Shown here piece by piece: positions 48,901 through 59,010 of a stretch of 64,000 nucleotides of DNA; position 1 is the first letter of the stretch, and each line of letters begins with the position of its first letter. The notes beneath the pieces are model-generated. The model did no database searches. It was not told the origin of the DNA and was given only the letters and a program-made list of their open reading frames with translations. Source of the DNA: Tubulanus polymorphus (Eukaryota; Animalia; Nemertea); NCBI RefSeq assembly GCF_964204645.1, contig NC_134034.1, positions 1,302,001 through 1,366,000 of the forward strand, written 5' to 3'. A program made the position numbers and the translations under genes.

Positions 48901-49987
48901 TCATTGAGAATAAGAAGGTCGTCATTAGTAACTAATCATAATTTTACTGAATCGTTGAAGTCATTGAGAATAAGAAGGTCGTCATTAGTAACTAATCATA
49001 ATTTTACTGAATCGTTGAAGTCATTGAGAATGAGAAGGTCGTCATTAGTAACTAATCATAATTTACTGATTGAATCGTTGAAGTCATTGAGAATAAGAAG
49101 GTCGTCATTAGTAACTAATCATAATTTTACTGAATCGTTGAAGTCATTGAGAATGAGAAGGTCGTCATTAGTAACTAATCATAATTTACTGATTGAATCG
49201 TTGAAGTCATTGAGAATGAGAAGGTCGTCATTAGTAATTAATCATAATTTTACTGAATCGTTGAAGTAATCAAAAGAGAAGGTCGTAATCAGAAACTATA
49301 ATCATAATTTACTGATTGAATCGTTGAATGTATTATGAGTCAGACGCTGATCCCGCTTTGTAACCAAGAATTGCCAAAGCGGGAATTAGAAATAGAATTG
49401 GAACTTACAAGCTCTTGTTAAAAAAGCAACTGGCGCTGGTTATCAGAGTTTTCTCATTCATGACGAAACCTCCGCACGACTCTGGAAGTTGTATCCAAGC
49501 TTGCCAGGGGAAATGGCCCGGTGTCGCATCTTGGCCGTGTATTATTTGCTCTGCAATATAAAGGAAATGTATAAAAGCAATTTTCACAACTCTTTCCTGC
49601 TGGCTGTTTTAAGGCCCAGGCTAACCGTTCACACTGGTGCCCACTGGGCCTGTGCCAAACTTTGCCGACCAATTACGTCCGTCGGACCAGATTCCACCGA
49701 CGTAAATGCAAATTGGACCCGTAATTGACTCGCCTCGCTTGCCACAGCATCTTTTCAGAGACCACAGCTCCATTACTTAATAAACGTTGAGTTAATGATC
49801 CAATTTAACTTGGACTCGGGCTTGGATTCCAACTAGTTTGACCTGCACCAAATCGTCTCCGTTTAACCGTCGTGGTTAGAACGAAATAACTCATCAAAAA
49901 CTTACGCGAAGGAGCAATGAATCCGGCAACAATGAAGATCACAACGGTCGCTATCGAGGAATGCATCATCCTGAATGAAGCTAGCAT
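45964..49987 (-). CDS. Secreted trypsin-fold serine protease homologue (pseudo-enzyme; catalytic His->Ser and Ser->Ala), 261 aa
   Basis: Exons 49987-49906, 49550-49409, 47130-47030, 46912-46770, 46682-46521 and 46119-45964 total 786 nt in frame: signal peptide, IIHGQDATPGHFPWQA...SCGG...LITSASC...HENF...SDIAVVK...CTISGWG...LPDKLQYA...DCQQKW...FC...DTGGGDAGGAVV...YGIISAS...STWIEEN. Confidence 0.88.
47300..49270 (+). repeat. 60-bp minisatellite, family C (~32 near-identical copies) in the protease-homologue intron
   Basis: Exact 60-bp periodicity visible line by line, with a few 64-bp variants near the right end. Confidence 0.98.
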
Positions 49988-50262
49988 GTTGATTCTAAGC
50001 GGGTATTATATCATGTTCACTATGTAGCGCTCTCTCGTTCAAGTTCTGACACTTTGACATGTTTTCACAAAATCTTATCATTTCATTGACAATTTATGTC
50101 AAATCGTGTACGTACATTCTATTTTCCTACACGTGGCTTCAGAGGGTAGAGGGATTTAATGAATAGGGGCTTCTTTAGACAGTTGTGTCCAGGTAGATGA
50201 TCTCTGGTAGAACTCAGACCTCATATTCATATAGACCTCGTATTTTTATTTATTTTCATTGG

Positions 50263-51305
50263 CCAGTTCCACAGTTATGTGGGTTCAATTCGACTCTGGA
50301 TCCAGTTCCACAGTTGTGTGGGTTCAATTCGACTCTGGATCCAGTTCCACAGTTGTGTGGGTTAAATTTAACTCTGGATCCAGTTCCACAGTTGTGTGGG
50401 TTTAATTCGACTCTGGATCCAGTTCCACAGTTGTGTGGGTTTAATTCGACTCTGGATCCAGTTCCACAGTTGTGTGGGTTCAATTCGACTCTGGATCCAG
50501 TTCCACAGTTGTGTGGGTTCAATTCGACTCTGGATCCAGTTCCACAGTTGTGTGGGTTCAATTCGACTCTGGATCCAGTTCCACAGTTGTGTGGGTTCAA
50601 TTCGACTCTGGATCCAGTTCCACAGTTGTGTGGGTTTAATGTGACTCTGGATCCAGTTCCACAGTTGTGTGGGTTCAATTCGACTCTGGACCCAGTTCCA
50701 CAGTTGTGTGGGTTCAATTCGACTCTGGATCCAGTTCCACAGTTGTGTGGGTTCAATTCGACTCTGGATCCAGTTCCACAGTTGTGTGGGTTCAATTCGA
50801 TTCTGGATCCAGTTCCACAGTTGTGTGGGTTCAATTCGACTCTGGATCCAGTTCCACAGTTGTGTGGGTTCAATTCGACTCGGGATCCAGTTCCACAGTT
50901 GTGTGGGTTCAATTCGACTCTGGATCCAGTTCCACAGTTGTGTGGGTTCAATTCGACTCTGGATCCAGTTCCACAGTTGTGTGGGTTCAATTCGACTCTG
51001 GATCCAGTTCCACAGTTGTGTGGGTTTAATGTGACTCTGGATCCAGTTCCACAGTTGTGTGGGTTCAATTCGACTCTGGACCCAGTTCCACAGTTGTGTG
51101 GGTTCAATTCGACTCTGGATCCAGTTCCACAGTTGTGTGGGTTCAATTCGACTCTGGATCCAGTTCCACAGTTGTGTGGGTTCAATTCGACTCTGGATCC
51201 AGTTCCACAGTTGTGTGGGTTCAATTCGACTCTGGATCCAGTTCCACAGTTGTGTGGGTTTAATTCGACTCTGGATCCAGTTCCACAGTTGTGTGGGTTT
51301 AATTT
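50263..51305 (+). repeat. 39-bp minisatellite, family B (~27 copies)
   Basis: Unit ccagttccacagttgtgtgggttcaattcgactctggat. Confidence 0.98.
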
Positions 51306-52204
51306 GCTTTAAACTAAGTATAGCACAGGCACATTTAATTCATGTTGAAAAATAGCGCAGAATTCACCGTTTGAAAACAACCTGTCAGTTTTAGCCGAGA
51401 TAAAATGTCAATTATAATCAGTGACAGCCGCGTCAGAATCAGATCGGGAAATATTGAAAATATTCCTGGCTAGAATATCAACTGGTGACGCAGTTAGTTA
51501 AACTCATGGGGTACATGTGGCTGTCAGTGCCGTGTCACCTACAGTCACCTGAAATATTCTATATCTGTATATCGTGATATAGTGAAATATATACTTATTA
51601 TTGAAATTATAAACGAATTCTATTTTCATTCTGTTTGTCTGAAGCTATATACCTGCGGGGTTATAACGTGGAACGGTATCTCGTTAGATATGGGGAGTTT
51701 TAGGGCCCGGGTGGAAGGGACAATACGATGGTGACTGTCTCTTTCCAATTTGGGAAAGCGGAAAAATCAAGCGTGTGAAATATTTTTGGAAAAACTTCGG
51801 AATTTCAAATCCACGTAACTGTTGGGAACTATTCGAAAATACCTGAGCGGATAGGCCGTTCCTTTCAGCATTTTCAAAATTACAATCATTCGGGACTTAA
51901 GCTAAAAATTGTCTTTCTTTTGACCAGCCAGTGGCGCCACGTAGCGTCGCTATTGATTACCATTAGTCGTATTCTTTTGTGAATATAAAAATGAAATCTT
52001 AACTGAAAAATCGCCATATATTCAAAACACATTGTTTCGGTATTTTCTTTATGAAATATTTGTCCTAAATTTTAGGAGTATAGTTTGATATAACGAAAAT
52101 ACTCAGATCAATGTTAATATTGATATATTTATGATTTAATTCAAACACCGGTAAGATAACATCCGGGTCAGTCATATATATAAAATGGCGGATGTTACGT
52201 AAGC

Positions 52205-53314
52205 ATACTTACCTGGCACAGAGGTCCACCGTGATCTGGACCATAGTCCATGCAAAATTCGGCCACATAAAACCAATTAGTCAAAATAAAATCCAAACAA
52301 TTCTAAACGAACATAACATAAATTGGGCTCAAATATGGGGAGACATTTATCATCCAATAACTGAGAATAAATTAGGGGATATGCAATGGAGGTTTCTACA
52401 CGATACCCTAGCTACAGCAACTAAACTCGTGACATGGCAAGTTTCTAACGACCCTACCTGTAAAATATGCGGCCGTGCAGCCACTAATACGCATGTCATA
52501 ATTGAATGTCCGGCAGCTGTAAGACTTTTTACTAGATTTCAAACGATAATAGCTCAGGTAGCAGAACAACCAGCCCTCTTAACTAAACGTACAATTTGTT
52601 TTGGTTTTTCTAAACAAGCGATCATAAATCCACACAGTAGGCGTATATGTAACTATTTGATAACGGTCTTGAAATGGACACTGTATAAGAATCATCGCAA
52701 GGCATGCGCAGGAGAAACTGAACTAGATATGAAAAATTATGCTCGTAATTTTATAGCCAAACGATTGAAACAGGAGATTACGGCCAGGAAAAATATTAAT
52801 GTTTGGACTCAAAATGAAACACTGATCAGATGCAACGGAAATAATTACTTTATAAATGAAATAGCACTCAGTACGATTAATGATATTTTGTAAGGCCAGA
52901 AAAGAGCGTTTAGGTTTCTGTAAATAGCAATTAAATCGTTTTATACATACTATACATGTGACTGTGAATGATGACTTGATATTTCTATACTAGACAAAAG
53001 TATTCCTATTTTGTAAATATAAAGAATAATTTGTGTCATTACGGATAATGTGTAAATATTGGAAAGAATTAAACGATGTATGTATGATGTGTAGTGAAAT
53101 GTTCCAGTTAATGCAGTTTGAATTGTCTTCTTAATATACATATACGACTGTTACTAACCAGTGTTATGAATAACGTTTAAATCGAATTGAAAAGAATTAA
53201 ATATACATTTATGATTGCTTGGAATATGATGTAAATACCTCCAGTCCCCCACCTGACTCCAGTGGGTGTGATGTAGTTGTTATGGAGCCTTCCTTCTGTA
53301 AAATAAAGTTTATA

Positions 53315-53360
<46 letters not shown>

Positions 53361-53500
53361 ACCGTGATCTGGAAGGCGGTGCCTCTATGGCGAGGCCTGT
53401 CATTGCACTAAGACTGGTTGACCCATACGATCTCCCCAAATGTGGGAGACTCGGGTGTGCAATTTCTGGTAGTGGGGGACTGCGTACGCGCTATCCCCTC
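52205..53500 (+). ncRNA. U1: U1 spliceosomal snRNA gene interrupted by a retrotransposon (U1 nt 1-36 at 52205-52240; remainder 53374-~53500 after the duplicated 53359-53373)
   Basis: 5' end ATACTTACCTGG; stem-loop I with loop GATCTGGAAG; loop II ATTGCACT (U1A site); stem-loop III CCCCAAATGTGGG; Sm site AATTTCTGG; stem-loop IV GGGGACTGCGTACGCGCTATCCCC. Reconstructed length is about 163 nt. Confidence 0.95.
52241..53358 (+). mobile_element. 5'-truncated non-LTR retrotransposon (L1/Tx1-like), ~1.1 kb, inserted in U1
   Basis: Open frame to the stop at 52893 encodes an ORF2 C-terminus (W..IY...K.GDMQWRFLH..L.T...CKICG....THVIIEC, a CCHC zinc knuckle, then NYLITVLKWTLYK). It is followed by a 3' UTR, AATAAA at 53302, A41 at 53318-53358 and a perfect 15-bp TSD ccaccgtgatctgga (52226-52240 and 53359-53373). 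Confidence 0.92.
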
Positions 53501-54599
53501 CATACAACAAACTAAGCATAGAACATACTAATGACATTTGAGAGAATTGTGAACATTGCTACGAAGATCGCTGAACATCCTCCCCGACATCTTAAATGCC
53601 ACGGTACGAAACCCTGCCACACTAGCCCGAGTGGATGTAAGTATCTTTTGTGGATACTAGCCGAAACCTTCCAAACTAGTGGAAAAGGGGATCAGTTAAC
53701 ACTGCAATCAAAAGGGCTTTACAAAATAAAGCCTCTCAGCCGCGGATCCGGCAGCCTGGTGTATCGCATTTTTCGAGACACCAAACCTCGGAGCAGATTT
53801 ACTTTCTAAGTATTTCAGATCGATGTGTTGGAAATATTTTTTATCTTCAAATATCTTTATCTATTAAAAAAAATCTTTTTATCGTCTTTTTAGTAGCACC
53901 CTATTATTTATTTGATTGATAGATTTCGTTTGATTTGATTTGATTTGATTTGGTGGATCCCTTTCAAACCCACCACAGCTGCCGCCGGGAACGAAAAAGG
54001 GTTAACGTCCCAACAAAAGTTCAGTATGTATCTGGAGGTGATGTCATTCTAAAATTTCACGCTTTCCCGCGACAATGTGTATTCGGGACAAGAGGTTTGA
54101 CCAATTACAAAATTATGTTTCAATTGATAAAAGCGTCGCTGAATAATTTCTGAATTATTCAATATTTCGGTTTTCGAATAGGCACATACATTACAATATT
54201 CCATATATGAATTGAGGATGTACTAATTGAGGATGTACTAATTGAGGATGTACTAATTGAGGATGTACTAATGATGTACTAATGATTTCGTGCTGGCTTG
54301 GTAGTTTTAGATTATTATCCATATTCGGTTAATACGAAGTAGTCGTAACAGTTACCGATTCAGAATATGAATTCGGTTAAATCGTAAAACCTGTCGCATA
54401 AAGTCATCCGAGCAACATTTATGAATTATACCATGAAATATAAGTTTGGTGGAACTGGAAGGGGGATAACTGGGTCCAGTGTTTCGATTCCAGAGTCAAA
54501 GCTACAACCCAGGGTCCAGTTCCAGTGGTTCCGAGTTAAGATTTAACTCTTGAGTTAAATCATTTGAAATGAATTAACTTTAACTCACAGAGTTAACTC

Positions 54600-54965
54600 T
54601 AAAGCCTAGCGCACATCGACACTGCGATTGGAGACAACTAGTTGCTACCGAACGATTACCCCGCGCACATCGAAATCTAGTTACAACCGGTCAGTTGCAG
54701 CAACTGCATGGCGCGTGTCGATCGTCGAGATCCAGAGCGCGCACATCGACGGATATGACTGCGATTGAGTACAACCAGTTGCTCAAAAGTAGAACATGGG
54801 CAACTGGCTGGAACTGGAGATAGATCGACGCTTACCAATCGTAAGCTCGCTCACATCGACACGTTCAAGCAACTGATCGTATCCAGCCAGTTCCTCTCAT
54901 GCGCCGAAAACTGCCTTGCAACTAGTTGTCTCCAATCGCAGTGTCGATGTGCGCTATAGGCTTTA
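54600..54965. mobile_element. Harbinger-like MITE with ~45-bp TIRs
   Basis: taaagcctagcgcacatcgacactgcgattggagacaactagttgc ... gcaactagttgtctccaatcgcagtgtcgatgtgcgctataggcttta; internal gcacatcga repeats. Confidence 0.75.
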
Positions 54966-55235
54966 CTCTCTATACCGCCATACTCTCAATACCGCCACAC
55001 TCTCTATACCGCCATACTCTCTATACCGCCATACTCTCAATACCGCCACACTCTCTATACCGCCATACTCTCAATACCGCCACACTCTCTATACTGCCAC
55101 ACTCTCTATACCGCCATACTCTCAATACCGCCACACTCTCTATACCGCCACACTCTCTATACCGCCATACTCTCAATACCGCCACACTCTCTATACCGCC
55201 ATACTCTCTATACCGCCACACTCTCAATACCGCCA
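54965..55235. repeat. 17-bp minisatellite
   Basis: About 16 copies of ctctc(t/a)ataccgcca(c/t)a. Confidence 0.93.
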
Positions 55236-55538
55236 AAATCATTCTGCACCGATGTTGGCGGTATATCGGGTGGTGGTGTTGACCGTAGGCCTATAAAATA
55301 TCTAGTATCTGAGTTTCTTGTTTAGATATCGTTGGTAATGAAGGAATCGGTCAATAATTCGTTAGATAAGATTTTGTCGTTTCACTCGATTCAGTTATAG
55401 ATGCGTTAAATATATATCACAGTTAAATATGCAACCCTAAATTACGTTGGATTTGAACCGATTAAATTTTCACCCTAATTCACAGTAATAACCTCATCAT
55501 AATGTACATATTTAGAACAATTAGATTTGTTGAAAACC

Positions 55539-55608
55539 TATAAAAACGGATTTCTGGAACTAAATATCATTGCTTGCAAGTGTCGTCTGCAATACGTAAC
55601 GTGATAAG
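55539..55608 (+). promoter_or_regulatory. TATA box, Inr and non-coding first exon of the Cys-rich peptide gene
   Basis: TATAAAA at 55539-55545, TCATT about 28 nt downstream, a strong donor AAG|GTAAGT after 55608, and an acceptor tttcag one base before the ATG at 56238. Confidence 0.6.
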
Positions 55609-56237
55609 GTAAGTACTTTCTTCAGTGGGTTGAATCATTTCGCTAGGTTTCTGGTGAACCGTCGCCGCTATGCAATTTTTATCCCATCAGAATCGCCATC
55701 TTTTAGAGTTTCATCTGCTAATCTGGTATGAGCAGATCTCTAATTAATTGCTGAATATGGTTTTCTCCATCTTTATTTTTGCCAATCCGTCGAATATCCA
55801 TATATGGACATATCCGTCGAATAAAATCGTGAACTGCCTAATATGGTCAATTCCATCTTGAATATTTTTTCTGGACCCGTCGACTTTCAGTTATCGGAAA
55901 CAAAAGAGCGACAAGCATAAAATCGATTCTTCCTGTACGCAAGTTAATATTCGACGGTTCGTCTGAAAGCTGACGATTTGACTCTGGATCCAGTTCCACA
56001 GTTGTGCGCGGGTTTAATCTGACTGTGGATCCAGTTCCACAGTTGTGCGCGGGTTTAATCTGACTGTGGATCCAGTTCCACAGTTGTGTGTGGGTTTGAT
56101 TTGACTGTATGGCGGAATCATCATTTCATTGTATTCTTATTTGATGTAAATTGTAAGTTTCAGTCCTTTATTTTCGGCTCTGGACGACCCACATCTCCGT
56201 TAGAGCGCGCATGCGATATGTTTTGTTTCATTTCAGA

Positions 56238-56690
56238 ATGTTTACTAAAACTCTATTCATAACCTTGGCCTTGTTTATGGTCGTTGGAGCTATGGTAGCG
56301 ACTGCAGGTACGGTAATCTATGCCCGATTCACGGGGAGCAACCTAGGGCCCAGAGCCCATATTTCTTTGAATCGCAACTCGTCCTGCGGTTTTATTGCCC
56401 ATAGGATACCTATCGAACCGACGTATAAATCCTATAAACCATGTACCCCTTAGAAATGGCTCGCTACTAGTCGAGTATACATTCGGATCACAACCGTAGC
56501 CCTTCCTCGCTCGTTTTATTCATACGTAGCTTTACCACCGATAACGTCTGGTCTTATAATTTTAGGGGACCAGATGAAAAGGGAAACTTTTGAGTCGTGC
56601 ACCTGCAATGGCGAGACGGGATCGTTATTTGAGAAATCGCTTGCTGATGATTGTTGCGAACAAGATGACAAATACTGCTGCGTGTTTTAG
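56238..56690 (+). CDS. Secreted cysteine-rich prepropeptide, 64 aa (toxin/defensin-like)
   Basis: Exons 56238-56307 and 56566-56690 (phase-1 GT-AG intron): MFTKTLFITLALFMVVGAMVATA / GDQMKR / ETFESCTCNGETGSLFEKSLADDCCEQDDKYCCVF*. AATAAA at 56852. Confidence 0.8.
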
Positions 56691-57030
56691 AAGCGTCAAG
56701 CATATAGAAATATAATTCAAACCCATGTCAGAAAAAATACACTTGTTTTTGAATTCATAGTAATCCATGTTTTGCGAGGACAGCACAGGTTACGTTGCGA
56801 ATTTTTGTTTTGGAAAATGATGTCCGATTAATTTGAAATTAAAATATATCAAATAAAGATTGATTCAGAATTAACGTATTTGCGAGGACGGCACAAGTTA
56901 CGTTGCAAATTTTTGTTTCGGAAAAATGATGTCCGATTAATTTGAAATATGAAGATAAAACAAAGATTGAGTCAGAATTAACGTATTTTTCTGGTTATGA
57001 TTTGATCTCCCCGTGTCTATCGGTCACTAA

Positions 57031-57198
57031 TACAGCGAAACCTCGTTACAGCGAACTTCACCGGACCAAAATGTATGTTTGTTAGAACCTACAGTCCGTT
57101 ATATCCAGCTGAAGTTTTCTCACTCGGGACGACATTCTATATTTGTTATTTCCGATGAATCGTCGTATCAGAGTTTGCTATAACGGGGTTTCGCTGTA
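57031..57198. mobile_element. Tc1/mariner (pogo/Tigger-like) MITE
   Basis: TA-cagcgaaacctcgtta ... taacggggtttcgctg-TA. Confidence 0.75.
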
Positions 57199-58134
57199 TT
57201 GTCGCTGCACTTCGACTAACGGCTACCCGCGTATCTGTTGTCGAGGCAGAATCGCGTGGTCTTACGGCGAGATGGCACCACTTAACAAGGGGTCAACGGA
57301 TCTTGAACCTTCGACGAGGAAGAAAGTTCTAGAAACTAGTCAAATGAAACACTCTAATCCGTGTACACTGCAGATGATCGAAGAAGTCTCACAATTCGAA
57401 TTTTATATGAAATAATTTATTAGAATGAAACCACAATGTTTCGGCTGTTGACTAACAGCCATCATCAGGTGGAAAGTTCCAGAAATTGCGGAGGAAAACT
57501 CGCTAGTGTCTCAAAACACTGTTCAATATCCCCGGCAAAATGTCATTCCCTGCAGAGAATATAGATGGCTTAATTATCATACGCAAAATGACATGAAATT
57601 GTTGGTCAATTATAGTTCATTCAGCGAGTTTAGATATCGATCGATATTGTATATGATTCGAACACCAATTCAATTCAATTAAGAATTTAGCTCCAGAATT
57701 GAAACAAGATTACATCGGACAGACACGGCAACCCTGGCCTGGGGACCCTCTTTATAAACATAGCATTCTTGTAGGCCTCTGTATAAAATCCGTTAGTATG
57801 AAACTTGCAAATAAATTGGTTCACATTGAAATTCAAATTGAGTCCACAATGATCAATGACAGGAATGGAAAAATGTTCATATTTACGCAGACAGATATCT
57901 AAAGAACTTGAACCTTTGGAATTTGTCAACATATAACATAAAGGGGCAATAAAAATTGGGCATATTAACTCTTATCTCGGTGAGCTAGACGAGCTGTTTT
58001 TAAGGCACCAGGAACACGTCTGTCCTTACAGCAACAACATGACATAGGCCTTACTCAGCGAGCTGTTATCTTATAAGGCATAAGTTGTTTCTGTCAGTAC
58101 AGGAATACCAACGACTGAATCTAGCTAGAGAACC

Positions 58135-59010
58135 ATGGACGATCGTACGTACAACGAAGCCTTCAAAATCTACCATCAACACCGCAGTTACAACCGCCAC
58201 CGATTGCCACAAATACTACGAGGATGCTACTCCGAAATACCCGAGGTTAAAGATAGAAGAGGGTTGCGGATTTTATCGGTAGGTCCGGCGCACGGGCATC
58301 TTCTGGAAGAGGCGCTGACCGCCGTCGGCGAAGATGTGAAATTCGACCGTTTGGATTGCGTAGAACCGAGCGAGCTGATGTCCGAAGAGTTGACCGTCCG
58401 TATGGGTTTACTAGCCGAGAAATACAACTTCGAGTATAAGTTGTTCAAACGGAAGTTTTCGACCGAAAGCGCCACCTTTTTGCCAAACGAATTTTACGAT
58501 TTGGTCGTATTTTCGCACGTATTCTACTATTTCGACGATCAGGCGCGCGTGTTGCAGACGACATTGCATCGACTGGCGCACAAAAACGGTCGCGTCTACA
58601 TATCCGTAATCTCGTCCACGTACTCGAATTTGGCGAACGAAATCCATCAGTTGAAGGAGCGAGAAGGCTTTGTAGCTAACGTCGACCAGGAGGTGGTGAC
58701 CTTCGCCGACCAAACCGGGCTGCAGCAAGTGATGGTCGACGCTCGCGCGAAGGTTCTATCACACGCTGAAGATAAAGAAGGTATTTTCGTGCACCTGGCA
58801 CTGAAACCGGCTCAAGCGTGCCTCTGCGAACACGACACCAACATGCGCTATATCGGCGACCAGATCCTAGCGTTTCTCGGCCACGGGCGATTTCCAGAAA
58901 AATTGCGAGCCCAAATCCAAGAACTCGTTCGCAAATACACGGTCGACTGTTACGGATTTCCTATCGTTCCGATAACGATTCTCAACTATCTAGTTACCAG
59001 AGACGACTGA
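58135..59010 (+). CDS. Class I SAM-dependent methyltransferase (histamine N-methyltransferase-like), 291 aa, single coding exon
   Basis: Uninterrupted ORF with motif I RILSVGPAHG, post-I DCVEPS, motif II YDLVVFSHVFYYFDD and motif III LAHKNGRVYI. An acceptor ctgtcag at ~58097 suggests a 5' UTR intron. Confidence 0.8.
   Translation: MDDRTYNEAFKIYHQHRSYNRHRLPQILRGCYSEIPEVKDRRGLRILSVGPAHGHLLEEALTAVGEDVKFDRLDCVEPSELMSEELTVRMGLLAEKYNFEYKLFKRKFSTESATFLPNEFYDLVVFSHVFYYFDDQARVLQTTLHRLAHKNGRVYISVISSTYSNLANEIHQLKEREGFVANVDQEVVTFADQTGLQQVMVDARAKVLSHAEDKEGIFVHLALKPAQACLCEHDTNMRYIGDQILAFLGHGRFPEKLRAQIQELVRKYTVDCYGFPIVPITILNYLVTRDD

Noticed and set aside
47332-49269. 645-aa ORF, the longest in the track
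   Set aside because: It is the translation of a 60-bp satellite (a multiple of 3, stop-free in one frame) inside an intron of a minus-strand gene. It starts at TTG, and the same unit occurs in an ARPC2 intron.
50197-51312. Cys/Pro-rich repeat ORFs on both strands (also 30783-31184, 37298-37741, 39061-40047, 40729-41607)
   Set aside because: These are by-products of 39-bp and 33-bp minisatellites, open on both strands, with no signal peptide or splice context.
52192-52240. ATG start of the 233-aa ORF as a real gene
   Set aside because: The first 16 codons are U1 upstream and U1 sequence fused in frame by chance to the truncated LINE ORF2; the ATG lies upstream of the U1 transcription start.
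52205-53358. U1-LINE template-switch retrocopy as an alternative explanation
   Set aside because: The TSD lies inside U1 and the rest of U1 continues after the poly(A), so the LINE inserted into a pre-existing U1 gene.
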